NCBI GenBank assembly: GCA_965645245.1
Contig: OZ287080.1
Location: 992,001-1,056,000 of the forward strand
Length of the DNA: 64,000 nucleotides
Reading direction: 5' to 3'
Origin: Massalongia carnosa
Lineage: Eukaryota
Below the pieces are notes generated by a model. The model was given only the letters and a program-made list of their open reading frames with translations, was not told the DNA's origin and ran no database searches. Numbering within the stretch: the stretch's first letter is position 1; every line of letters starts with the position of its first letter. The translations under genes were made by a program, and so were the position numbers. Shown here piece by piece: positions 35,901-48,543 of the stretch.

Positions 35901-36407
35901 GTCGTAACGGAATGGGAAGTCGTGAAACGATTTCTCGAGGAGAAGAGCTAGGCTGCAAAGATATAGCGGTAGTCGTTGCTGTTGTTGCGAAGAGATCAGA
36001 TAATTGTTAATGCTAAACCCAATTAAGACTACGTTAAACCGAATCGAGGGTTTTCGCAGGTTCATTGAACGGACGGATTTAGCGCAGTTTTCGGGAACAT
36101 CAAAACATGAAAAACGCGAACAACGACCACCTCTCGCGGCCCACAACGAACGTAAAAGAACGTAGTTTTCGCGATACGGACTGATATCAACAGGATCAGT
36201 TGATCTCCGAAGTTTGACGAAGTGAAACGGTCCGGTACGGTCGAGGCAAGAGGGGAATTTTTGGTCCTGTCCGCAGGGAGGTCCTCCCCGCATTATTTGA
36301 TAATTCAGTACTGTTCCGCAAGCCGCGTTCCCTTTTTCGGGTTCAATCTAACCGAATAAGGTAGTGTTGCCCAAAGTAGCAGGGGAACTCTTTCAGTACT
36401 ATATAGA
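32906..36407 (-). mobile_element. Helitron copy 2, degenerate
   Basis: Colinear with copy 1 from the upstream non-coding end to VYPEVILR. Several frameshifts and a larger internal deletion. The minus-strand 5' end reads A|TCTATATAGTACTG. Confidence 0.88.
34389..34557. mobile_element. 169-bp solo LTR inserted in Helitron copy 2
   Basis: TGTAACG...CGTCACA ends and 5-bp TSD ATTTC (34384-34388, 34558-34562). The site is empty in copy 1 (~29480). Confidence 0.9.
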
Positions 36408-36642
36408 TAGATCTATCCATGCAAATATACCCATGTAAAGTGGCTTTTTTAGCTGCATATTTAGCGTTAGCAAGGACTTTCGGCGTCATCCTTCGTATAG
36501 ACAGCATTTCCCCCTTGCGCATAACTCATCTAAAGAATCGGCGGGTAGGTAAAACCGTCTGCATTATGTAATATCACTGCCATAAAGATACTTATTAAAA
36601 AAAGAGCATTAGATAAGCAGATGATTCTCGCTTCCATATCAC

Positions 36643-36858
36643 TTGCCTCAGTACCTCAGACGTGCCCGGCTAAGCCCCTTCGGGTTAGCCTTACAGAACG
36701 TTAAGCCCCTTCGGGTTAACAGGCTGACTACGCAGCACATCTGTAGCAGCCACGTTAGTCAGTTGGGACGCTAATCCGAAGGAGCTTAGGAAAATAGACT
36801 AACCCGGAGGGGCTTAGACGGCTCCTAGAGCCCACGCACGTCTGAGGTACTGAGGCAA
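36643..36858. mobile_element. 216-bp MITE of the same family as 8127-9664
   Basis: Perfect 23-bp TIR TTGCCTCAGTACCTCAGACGTGC. 8-bp TSD CATATCAC at 36635-36642 and 36859-36866. Confidence 0.93.
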
Positions 36859-37383
36859 CATATCACATGCAACACACGTATTGTTCCAGCTGATTGATAC
36901 CCAATCCTTTCATCTCATATCAGAACATTATGCGCCGAGTAAGTCGTACTATGAAGCGCAGTATATGTGGGAAGGAACTTTTTCCAACCCGGTTCCATTG
37001 CGATGATTCTATTCCCAGCGATCCTGTCTAAGGGATTGTCTTTTGCAACCGCTTCGCTTGCCCTGCCGGGTAGGAGTAGATATGGCGGTGTTAGCCCCCC
37101 ATGATGATTGAAAGCTTAAGGTAGATAGTCATCTGCCGTAAGATATAGAGTATAATCTCTAACAGGATAGCAAGCAGACCGACACCTGGTATGTCGTGCA
37201 CATCAGATATGGTTGCATCAACCATGTTTGGGCTCTGTATCAGTTAACATCCATCGTAAACATGGTCTCCGCTATGCTTTCCCGTATTGGAGTAGGGTCT
37301 GGATTTGGGGAAGTTGGTTGCAACACCCTACTACATCGTTAATGGTAATTACAAGCAAATTTTGCATCATATTGGTTTAAAAA

Positions 37384-38015
37384 GGGAACTAATACCGGGG
37401 CACCCCTTTTCACTACCTTGACAACCTCATTCTCTAGGTTAACACCCCCAAGTAAGCTAACTCGATTGAGTATAAATTTCCCTCGGACTCAGAAACAACT
37501 GAAGAAAACATTCTCGATTTGATGAAATTTAGGTGTGTTTTAGACAGTCGATCGTTTTCAATGAATTGAGCTTCATTTCGTATTTACATTCGAAGGGCCT
37601 GAAATAAATCCACTTCATCTACTTCAATCGATTGGATAGCTTCACCGGACAGCACCTCTTCATCTTGTGACGGCTCATCATTCCTCTCTCTGCCCGTCCT
37701 CGCCCTCACCCCCGTCCTCGACCTCGCCTCCGCCTCCGCCTCCGCCCCCGCCTCGGAGGCCCATTCAACATCTCCTCGACAGGTTCGAACCCTGATAACT
37801 CCCGTTGAGTAGAGTTATCAGCTTTTCGTTGCTCTTTCCGATTATAAACGCATCACGATTGTAGGACGCCCTATGAAATGCATGCAGATATGAGTGCAGA
37901 AATTTTCGAAGTTCCAGCTCCGGAACGGATTAACTACCCAATCGGGTTAGCTTACTTTGGGGTATTAACCTAGAGAATGAGGGTAGTGAAAAGGGGTGTC
38001 CTGGTAGCAGTTCCC
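37384..38015. mobile_element. Non-autonomous Mutator-like element (MITE) with ~85-bp TIRs
   Basis: Imperfect TIRs start GGGAAC and end GTTCCC. TSD TTTAAAAA at 37376-37383 and 38016-38023. The superfamily is inferred from G-start TIRs and an AT-rich long TSD. Confidence 0.8.
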
Positions 38016-40080
38016 TTTAAAAATGATGAGGAGATGGGTGGAGATATGACATAGATGAAACGGGATGACATGATTGGAGCTTCCAATGTCCCTTAAGCTT
38101 TGGCCTGGAACTCTAATTTAGCAGTCAGAAGCCTCGATACCAAATCCCGAGGCACTTCAAAACAACTCGAACTAAGGAAAGGTTTCGGAACAGGTGTGAG
38201 GGGTGTTTTGATTCAGAAGTTAAAAAAATCAAATAAAAACGAGAAGGGTAAACTGCACACCGAGCAAGTTGCCAAATGATTGGTGAAGAAAATGAATCGA
38301 AGGTACCCAGCTTGATGAAACTTCACAATCTTAGTAGAGGGAACAGAGGTGAAATGTAAGCCAATCTAGGGAGTGGATCCCTTGGGTCAAAGAAATATAA
38401 AGAACGGGGGACGAAGCATATGTTAAAAGATAAGACAGAAGAAAGTTGGGACAAGGCTCTTCCATATAGGCAGTCCTACTTACCTCGATTGATAAAAATA
38501 ATACTGAGTTGGTTAATTTCCCTATCACTATCGTATTAAACAGCCAAGTGAGGTCCCTAGGCAAGTACCTTAGTGAGCACTGGATCCATGAAAACAGCTT
38601 GAGGACTGTAAGTCACCGAATCGTGATGACAACAAAGTCGAATGGAAGGAATCTTGGTTCTAGCACCTAGATATGTACCTGCCTAGGGAGTTTTTTTTCT
38701 CGTATCTTCATAACAAGTTGGTAGCCGAGTCAGTCAAACTGGCCATAGAGTTTGTGTAGACAGGGCCTCGACTTGGAACAGTTCGTCACAGTCCTTCATA
38801 AACTGAATACTGCTAACAACTGGGTGGATATCAACATCAGTTTAATCGCAAATATTTTCACATTTCCTCCTTTATCCGCGCAACCAATTTGCGTTTGCTA
38901 AATGTGCGGTTGCACCATTGGGGCCTTCGAACTAGCTTTTTGGAAGCTGTGTAGATGACCACACGGCTGAGGTCAGGTTGAAGGCTCCCGACTGAGGACA
39001 GTTCTTCATATTATGAACCAAGCCTAGATTGCAGAGTGTTATCAGCAAATTGGTATCACCATCAGTTGTTACTACTGTGGTGGAGAAACACCTCTATCTG
39101 CGTTGGTATGGAAGGTACTAGACATCGGTAAAGAGCTTATGGTTTCGAGCTTGTTTTTTGGAACTGTATTGGCTTTCTTGAATTTTCAAATATTTGGCCG
39201 CGCTTTGGTATTGTCAAGCGATATGCTGCGCGTCTGTCCTCAGAGTCACATATTAATCACGAGACTTCGCGTTCAACCAACGCCAGTTAAGCTTTCATTG
39301 AATAGCTATGATCCCCCACTAAATCTCAACTAATGTGCAAGCCAGCAAAGTATCCCTGGAAAACCCAAGCCACTCACGATGGAATTGGCCTATGACGGAG
39401 ACATATTCCGCCTCGAATCAATGTCGTGAGCCTTGGCTGAGTTAGTACTACGAAAGGCCGATAGATGAGGCGCCTCAATCGTGTTATTACGCACGCTCGA
39501 GACGATTCGAACGTGCTAGAGCATGAAGCCAATCTCTCAAGATCTACTCTTCCGTACCAGGAGCTATACTTTTCTTCCTTTGTCAACGCATCTAAACGGG
39601 GAAGTACGGAGTGGGCTGTATGTAGGTTTCTGTCGCCACGTCATGTTGTTCGAGGGCTTCCCCCCGAACTAGCCATGGCATGATCCAGAGGTCATGATGT
39701 AACTGTCTGATCTCATTCGGTTCCATCATTCGTCATTTGGCTTCGATGGGGTCTCTTAAGCTGCGTCTAATATGCCTTCATCATTCGATTGGAGCAGGGA
39801 CCCCAGTTATTCCGTTTCCGCTGGAGCATGGTTTGCTATCCGAGTGGGCAAAGGCTGAAACGATAACATCATTAGGGATGTTTACATCATTTCAAAGAAG
39901 CCTTGAGGTGAAGGAGAACGATCCGGTTGGGTGATGACCTCATACTCTGGTACTAGGTATCTCTGAACTGTCTATAAAGACCCAGCGGAGCCTGTCCGCC
40001 TAGCTCTCTCCGTAACCACACCATCCAATATATCCAAAACAAGCTTCAAATTCATCAAATAATTCAAGATCCAAACCAAC

Positions 40081-40510
40081 ATGTCTAACCCAGGTAATGT
40101 TATTGGTAAGTGCTACACAAACCCCATACACATTTCAAAGCTTCGATGGTCGGTGCTAATGGGAATAATTTATTCAGGCGGTCACAAGGCCAACCTCAGC
40201 AACCCAAGTACCACAATTGCGCTCTGTGCCCTTCATCAACATTTAGCTAAATCTTTGCAGACACTTCCGAAGAATCAAAGCAACATTCGAAACACGTGCT
40301 CGAGAATGGGTTCAAGGGAGATGATATCAACACCTCGTCAAATGAGAAGAATCTAGGCAATGTAATCGGTGGTTTGAAAGCGTCTGTTTCTTGATCTAAA
40401 CTTATCGACTACTCAGCTTACCAGTACTTTCTAGAACGACGAAAAATCCCAACGTCTCTGACGAAGCCAAAGAATCAGCTTCTGAACGTCTAAAGGAGTT
40501 GGAGAAGTAG
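40081..40510 (+). CDS. con-6: Conidiation-specific protein 6 family (4 exons)
   Basis: Exons 40081-40105, 40178-40207, 40261-40381 and 40435-40510 give MSNPGNVIGGHKANLSNPNTSEESKQHS...NVIGGLKATTKNPNVSDEAKESASERL, i.e. two Con-6 repeats. TATAAA lies near 39974. Confidence 0.9.
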
Positions 40511-40993
40511 AATTCCTTGTGGAACATGACGAATGGCATCCAAATTTTGAGTGTTAGCTATGTTGCTAGGCGATAATTGAACGTCATTTGACTACTCCAG
40601 TTGCGATGGCTGCAAAACACTTTGTGTTAAACGTGTAACTAGATCTGCGAATTCAATTCGTCTGCTTTCTTGACAGCTTTGCCATGAAGCTGGAATTGAC
40701 GAATTAGACTCGTGTTTGGCGGTATATCAGGAAAAAATAACTAAGGTTTCATCACTATTCTCATTGTGATATGTGTCAGAAATAGTCCTAGCTCTAATTC
40801 TAGCTCTAGTCCTAGCCCTAGCTCTAGCCCTAATCGTGCCACACCACCAGTAATCGTTTTTAGTAAGCGAAACGATTACTGGTGGTGTGGCTCCGATAGC
40901 CAGTTTAGTTGTACGTTTGGAAAGCGCTTATCTAATCTCTTAAATACCGAAAATGCAGTCTTGAATTTCTAACATTTTGGGCTTTTCGACAAT

Positions 40994-42412
40994 ATGGTCG
41001 TCACCACCATCTACGTGACGCGGCATGGGGTGAGTTCTTCTATATCCTCAACAGTACCAACAACAACAACAACTTAGTCAAAGCTGCGCACGTGTACTGA
41101 ATCATATAAAACTAAACTTCTGAGTGAACGGCTTGCAAGTTCCGCGTCAACTGGACCCTTAATCCAGTCACGGGAAGCTATTTCACCAACGTCCCATCTC
41201 CCACCAACATCCCCTCGGATCCCCCTCTCGCCGCCCATGGCGTCCACCAATCCCACCAGCTTGCCACTGCCCTCGCCAAGATCGAGAATCCCAGAATCAA
41301 CCAGGTCTACTGCAGCCCGTTCTATCGATGTCTGCAGACGATTCAGCCCTTCGTCGACAAGCGGGGCGGAAACATGGAGATTAGAGGGGACAACGGAATA
41401 GGGTACCCATAGCCACCATCACCCGATGTTTTCAATCATGGCATACGCTTTCCCCCCTCTCAACAAGAAAACTACTTCACCCATCGTGCTAACCAACGCG
41501 CCCAATCAGGGAATGGTATGGTCTTGCCCGCTTCGACCACCCCTCCCCTGCGGAACCCACTCTCCTCCGCACCTTCTTCCCAACCTACTCAACAGCCTAC
41601 ACCCCCTCCATTATACCTACATACTCTCTCTTCTCCGCCAACCCCCAACCTGCAGCATCCCCGCCCGCGCACCCCTACCCTCCATCCATAATCCCTTCAG
41701 CGGGTGAATCTCTCCCTCAGCTCCACGCCCGTACCGCCTACGCTCTCGCCCACATCATCTCCCGCGCCGATGCGGAAACAGGCTCAACCCCGACTGCAAT
41801 CGTGCTCGTCACGCACGCAGCGACTTTAATCGCGATCGGGCGCGCGCTGACGGGGGTCATGCCCTCGGATCCGAACGAGGAGGATTTCCGGCCGTTTACG
41901 TGCGGTATTTCAAAGTTTTTGAGGAGACAAGATGGAGGAGGGGTCGATCGTGGTAGCTTTGGGGCAAGGAACGTGGAGGATGTGGAGAAGTGGGAGCCGG
42001 GAATGGAGATTCCGGATGTGAAATGGATGGAGGGGAAGGGGGTAGCTGAGGGGTGGGATTGCATATTAAATGGCGACTGTAGTCATTTGGATGGAGGGGA
42101 GGAACGTGGATGGTAAGCTTTGCCGATCTTGATTTTTCTTTTACATTTCTATTTTACCCCTTCCCCCTTCCCCTTCACCTGTCTCTCTCTCCATTACTCT
42201 AACATGCGGGTTCCATCGAGCTTTCTGATCCGTGGCTACGGGGTTGCGGGTAGGAGTTTCCAAGACGCCGCAATGTAAATTGACAGAAACATGTTCAGGT
42301 CCTGACCAACTGGTGTTTGACGCTTAGGCATTTCTCCGGAGACGAGTCCTTCGGCGTGGTGGGTAACAGAATAGGAGTCGAGGCGAGCACGGAAGGTAGC
42401 GCGAAACTCTAG
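40994..42412 (+). CDS. Histidine phosphatase/phosphoglycerate mutase family protein, Tfc7 (tau55)-like
   Basis: MVVTTIYVTRHG, DPPLAAHG, CSPFYRCLQT, VTHAATLIAIGRALTG and NGDCSHL.GGEERGW. The last exon (42328-42412) ends in AKL. Confidence 0.85.
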
Positions 42413-42819
42413 ATCAGTCTCTGCTTTCCGTGGGCTTAATTTGTCTTTTTTGGTTTTTTTTTTTGGGCTATCTGAGCTAACATCCCCCTTATTTGCTATC
42501 GATCTATAAGCGTCTGCGGCGGCGCACGGGCGAACATGGATAATCCGCGCATAGGAAACGGTTATAGATCCTGCGCGTAAGAAAGAGCTACTATTATAGA
42601 ACCTTGCCGGCGATGAAAAGCTAGACTCTACAAAAAAATACCATGGGACCGGGGGGTCTACATATTCATCTAGTGTTCATTCTACCAAGCGAACGGATCA
42701 AACAATGAAATCGCGTAAAGTGCTCATCGTAGACTGGGTGTTCATCGATAAGTCTGCGCCCTGTCAGCACCAAGGTTCACCCGTCGGCTCTCAACCGCGA
42801 AGAAAATACGAAAAGCGAG

Positions 42820-45543
42820 TCAAGCGCTCACCATGTTGAGAACCCACAGCGCTCCTAAAAGAACCGTCAACCGAAACCGCAGATCCCCCTTCATCAGGCG
42901 GCCTACCGCCCTTGCCGGCCTTGCCAGCACCGGCGCAGCCTCCTTCACATGCCCGTTACGGTGGAAACTGCTTTTCGCGCGAGGAAGCTCCAGCGCGGCA
43001 CCATTTGCCTCGTTAATCTCTCCTTCCGCCCTCCCTGTGCTAGGATCAATGATCCACGCCGTAACCGTCCCCGTGGCGGCCGCGACGTGCCAGCACACCC
43101 ACAAGAAAACTACTGTGAGAACGGCAAAGTCTGGCCAGCGCCCATCAATGTGCGATGCGTGCCGGCCAAAGACTCCTAGCGCTAATAACCCTTTCGTGTC
43201 GGCCGCGAGCCATATGTGGAACTGTAACGTGAAGGTTTCCAGTGAATGGCGGCCTAGCCAGGCGAAGATTGTGGAGTGAAAATTCCGCGTGTAGCGGCTA
43301 TAGTTGCGCAGGACGATGAAGGCGAGGATGGGGAAGCTGGAGATATATGGGACCAGTGCGTTGTAGGCGAATTTGTCGGAGAAGTGCCGCGTTAGGCGCC
43401 AGAAGAGTGGGGGGGTAATCAGGCTTGCGGTGATGGCCCCCAGGCGGACTCGGGTCCAGTGGCGTTGGAGAAAGCGGGATGTGGAGCTTTCGCTGAGGCC
43501 GTCTCTGCAGAGGGTGGAGGAGATACGCACGAAGAGAATGCCGCATATCATGCCCACGTAAACGATATAGCTGTCTAGCTGCAGTCGGAAGCGCCACTCT
43601 GCCACGTTCCATTTGACGTGGCATGTCCGTTTCAGAATCCAAAACAAAGCCTCGAATAAGCCTGGCGTTCTGATTAAAGCCGTGGTAAAACATCCTGAGA
43701 CCATGATCTTTCCAAGCAAGAAGCGGATTGAAGTGTTCTTTGAGCATCCGATGCACATAGTAAGGTAAATCACTACATACCAAAAGCTAATTAGGGGCGC
43801 AAAATAATAGAAAAGGTAGTCCGTTCCCATCATGAAAGGCAGGAGACAACTCAGCAGATTCAGTCGCATAAGCACCGACGCAAAGCGCCGTAGGGAATAG
43901 TCCCCCTTTTCATAAAAAAATATCGTATGCCCGAAACCGGTCATGAATAGATATGAAGCCACAAGAATTCGAATGAATCTGTATATCTCCAGGATATTGG
44001 ATGCTCCCGTATAGTGATAGATCAGTATAGCAAACTGCATCCAGCCCTTCCATTCATCGGTCTGATCTCGCGACAAGAATGGCTGATCCAGAGGGTCGTT
44101 GCTGATAGAATGCTGCCCTTTCTTCGGGATAGATCGACGTATCGAAAGGACCCCAAGTGCGAGGACGGAGAAACTGAGAGCTCGAAATTCTGCCATGGAG
44201 AATTGCTTCTGGGATTTATTGAAAAGGTGTGTACGGTCGGCACAGAAAGAATAACAGAGGGCTAGTGCGAAAACCAGCACCGCTCGGGAAATCTTAGGTG
44301 GGGGCAAGAAGAAGAGCCATTTAGGGTCTGTAGAGCTTGTTAGTAGTATAATTGCTAAACAAAGACCACAAGCATACAATGGCTCCAGAAAAGTATAACT
44401 AATACTAATACTAGAGTACACACAATAATGGCTGTTTGAAGCCAATTTGGCTTTGGATACCGATTGCAACATGTCTTATCCATGGGATACCCTGGGATTT
44501 CCGTGTTGCATCTCATGTTTAATAGGATATCTGCTTTTTGCCGCGCAACAGCTTCTATTACATGAATTCCGCCTTTGTCATAAACGGCCTTCTCTTGTCG
44601 AGTCATGAGCTCATAACTCCAGGCAACGGGGGCTCCTTCGTGTCTTGTGATCTGCTGTAAATAGTCGTTCAATGGGTCTATACTAGCCGTAATCATCGTT
44701 GCCTTTGTCTCTAAAGATGGATCCAGGAACCCGTACAATGGGTTCTGGACGGGGGCAATAACCAAAAGGTCATTTGAGTTCGGTCTTAACTGGTAAGCCT
44801 GAGGAGTGCTAGTACCCAATACTCCAGGGCCTCCAAGGGTCGTTGAAGCCATGACATTACCAATGGACACCTTGAAGTTCTTGAGGGCGGCGGACTCGAT
44901 ATGTCTCGCATGCCACAACCCTCCACCAACCATGAGTATTGCTGCACTCATATTCCCCTGGGCAGTTATCCTCTTGGCATCACCACCAATTCGATGGAAG
45001 TTTAGCTGCTCCTGAAGTTTCGATGAGTTGAGAAAGGGGTCCCAATGGAAATTGAGGGTTACGTGGGCTTTGCTGAAATTAAGATCCGCATGCTTCTCTG
45101 CTGTTCGCATCTTCTCGACTGCTCTCGTTTTGTCCAACTTCCTTGCCGTCGCCCAGAAGACATTTCTTGTGGTGGAATCTCCTACAAACACCATCTTTTG
45201 GAATCGGAGACAGGTGGAAATATCTTTTGCATCGTACTGGTGCAGCATACATCCTGGGGGCTGCCAATTTTGAAATGGTTGCGTTCGATGAGTGTAGGTA
45301 AGAGGATCAAGCCAGCGACCACGGTTTAGTAGTGCACCACATCCATACGGGTCGCCAATATCTATTTTCAATGATCAATGAATTAAGCGCGGCACTGGAG
45401 CCATGACTTCCCCCAGTCCTACCTAGAACTCCATATCGATATAGAACCGCGAGAAGTATGCTCAGAAAAAGAGTCCAGCCGGAGTAGTCGAGCACTTGAG
45501 AAAAAGCCGGTCTTCCAATCCATGGTCTGCGGAAGCGGAGCAT
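42820..45543 (-). CDS. CAS1: Cas1p-family 10-TM O-acetyltransferase (CASD1-like); terminal exons approximate
   Basis: N-terminal VFVGDST esterase-like domain; FLSRDQTDEWKGWMQ, IRILVASYLFMTGFGH, EWRFRLQLD and SLETFTLQFHIWLAAD. Confidence 0.9.
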
Positions 45544-46302
45544 TATCTCTTGAGAAAACGTTTGGGAGTTCCTGTAGAGGATTTATGTTGTGTGATCCGG
45601 GACAGTTAGGGTATGGCAATATCTATTAAACCCCGTGTAGGTTAAGGAGGCACTTAAGAAACCACGTAGATCTTGCGGGCCTACCTTACTTAGATCAGGT
45701 ATCTGCACTTTGGCTCCTTTAATCAAGCTTTCGAAGAAAAGAGAGGAATAGATTCATATATCGTTTCAATTGATGTTGGGCTTGGAAAATCTCAGATACC
45801 CTTTCACAATCTGCATGCTTGTGCCCAGATGTAGCAGCTTTTATGATGAAACTCCACCGAGGTTTGCGGATCAACCTCATAAAGTCCTCTGGCACGGGTA
45901 GTTTGCATTTACATACATTCTGTTCGGTTTTGGTGCCCCGAATACTCCTGCATCCTTAAACTTTTCGGAATCTTCTCTTCAAAGACTTGTCACAAGGAAA
46001 CTAGGGCGCTGAGTGATTTTTACATCTGTGAGACTGTGTTGCTACTACTCATGGAATACATGAAGTTTGATCCAATAATGCATCGGCTTAATGTTCTGCT
46101 AACCTATACATTGGTGAGCAAAATGCTGCACATTGCAACAACAAGAAAGGATTAAGCATATGGGATTTATCAATCTGAGCCCCATGACCAGAGCTGCTCC
46201 TTGGCCTACTTGATATAAAAACCCTAGTACCATTGCTGTTGTGTTAAGTGTCATGGAACATTCGTGGGTAAGATTGTGGTCATTAATATATGCAAAATAG
46301 TC

Positions 46303-47304
46303 TTACAGTTGCCCAGTTATGCCGATCCCGACACCAAACTTTCGTCTCTCAGGTTTTTGTTTGGCCTTTCCTTTTGATGATGACTCAATTGGATGATCCT
46401 TTTCCCACTGCTCATCCCCCAAATAAGCCTTAATCGCGGCATCGAGGTCATAATTTGCCTGTTGCAGATATAAAAGCGCAACATCGTACCTGAGTTGAGC
46501 GGAAACGCTCAGTACAATGTCAGCTTAACTGATGGAAACACAAGTATACAAAACAAGAATCCACCCTTAAAGAACCGACTCACTCGGCGACCTTGCAGGC
46601 GACCATCCACCTCCGAATCTTGAATTTCTTGACCCACTCCTCCTCGCCTTCGATTGGGCGAGAACTTAGGCTCACACCACCCTTGTAATATTCTCCGGGA
46701 ATGAGTATGGTTCGTCGGGCTGAGAGCAGGTTGTTTGCGAAAAGGCTATTTGTACGCCGCAAAGCATCTTGGGGAACGCCGTACCGTAGAGAAAGAGACG
46801 GTATCGTGTCTTGAACAGGGTCTACGAAATGCAAGACATCCTCTACAAGCTCTCCCAAAGAATGCGTGCTTTTATCTCGCTCTGTAGTAGTATGGAAATT
46901 TAAGGAGGAGTATGTAGGTAACTCATTCTCGTTGGGTAGGACGGGGTTAGGGATCGGTAGTGGCGAATAAGCTGGCGGATCTCGCAAGCCCTGGGGAAGG
47001 GAGCTAGGAGTAGTAGAGATTTGGCAAAATGGACCTTTGTATTTTAGCAAGCACAACTCGACACGCATCGGGAATGCTAACAGTAAGAAGCAAAACGAGA
47101 GTTTTTCTATACACGTGTAAATTCCAGTACATTATCTAGAAAGATTCCAAGAAATAAGCGTACAGCTATACAAACTCCACATATGAACCGACCACAGCAC
47201 TGGAGCTGTCGATCATGAGTGAAAGGCTTCTCCGTCTTCTCATCGTATAGTGCCGAAATGGCGGATAACAGTTTTGCACATGTGCAACACGCTGCCTCAA
47301 CCAT
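46303..47304 (-). CDS. Intracellular LysM-domain protein with Cys-rich (RING-like) N-terminus and UBA-like C-terminus (3 exons)
   Basis: CCTC..CCGRFICGVC..CQ; DTIPSLSLRYGVPQDALRRTNSL..LLSARRTILIPG; YDVALLYLQQANYDLDAAIKAY. No signal peptide. Confidence 0.8.
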
Positions 47305-47809
47305 GACTCTATTGAAAAAGGTCGGAAAGAAGAGAAGGTAGATTGCGAAAGCTGTTGTAAAGAGATCTGAACATTCTTGTGGCGAACGAAATGATGACGC
47401 CTACAGAGCACGTCCTATCGTTGTCTCACGTGATGATAAGGGCATGATTTTTGAAGCTAACTTATATTAGTTTACTTAGCGCACAAGCTTTAAAGGAAAA
47501 GACTTTTAAACTTATCGAAATTTCTTCTTCTTCACCACTTTTCAGACAAACCACCAAACGAGGTACGTTTTTGAGACATTACAATTTCCAGGGCCAACTC
47601 GGGGCAAAACTATGTGTATACAAATTTGCGCCTTTGGCTCACAGCTTCTTTACCAACGCTGTGTAACGCGGGCGACATGGGCTGAAGAACCCTCGAATCA
47701 AGGGCACTCTTCTCGCTCAATGGTCCTCGAAGGCTAACTTGGATTTCCTCCGGGCCACACTAGATACCTCACCTCCCACCATTGAGTTGAGAATCTCAAA
47801 ACCGCAATC

Positions 47810-48543
47810 ATGGTCAAAACCAGCGTCCTCAATGATGCGCTCAATGCCATCAACAACGCGGAGAAATCTGGCAAGCGCCAGGTGCTTATCCGTCCCAGCT
47901 CAAAAGTCATCGTCAAGTTCCTGAGTGTGATGCAGAAACACGGTAGGCTTTTCATCTTAGAGCTAATGGATGCTTATGTGCACCCCATTTCTGTCTCAGC
48001 CAAAAAAAGTTACTTTCTTTCGGGCTGATAACTAGGCAATGGTTTCGAATTAATTAATAAACTCCCCACGACCTCTGCCCTTTAAATGCCCGATATATTC
48101 AACTTCTCCTGCGAAAGATCTTACACGTTCTCTGATTTCTGCTGACTTACAACGTTTAATCGGTCGCAACATGCTAATCATGCGCACTATCAAATTAGGC
48201 TACATTGGAGAATTCGAGGAGGTAGATGACCACCGCTCTGGCAAGATCGTCATCCAATTGAACGGGCGGTACGTTTAGTCTTCTGTAAACCTTTTTCTTT
48301 TCTTTTTTTGAGGGATTCATAAGGCGGGTCGCTCGCTAAACGGCACCCAACAGCATTAACAAAACCGGCGTCATCTCCCCCCGCTACAACGTGCGTATCG
48401 GTGACTTCGAGAAATGGGTCGTCAAGCTCCTGCCGTCGCGTCAGTTCGGCTTCATCGTGCTCACCACCTCGTCCGGCATCATGGACCACGAGGAGGCGCG
48501 AAGAAAGCACGTCGCGGGCAAAATCATCGGGTTCTTCTACTAG
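47810..48543 (+). CDS. RPS22: 40S ribosomal protein S22 (uS8)
   Basis: Exons 47810-47942, 48199-48268 and 48354-48543 give [38 protein letters not shown]...[14 protein letters not shown]. There is an additional 5'UTR intron at 47563-47763. Confidence 0.97.
48019..48174 (+). ncRNA. Intronic H/ACA snoRNA, snR44-like
   Basis: Two hairpins (CGGGC...GCCCG; TGCGA...TCGCA) and ACA at 48169-48171. CGGGCTGATAACTAG matches my recollection of the yeast snR44 5' end. Yeast snR44 lies in an RPS22B intron. Confidence 0.75.

Noticed and set aside
42820..45543. 'Cas1' as a CRISPR gene
   Set aside because: Cas1p is a membrane O-acetyltransferase family; the shared name is a coincidence.
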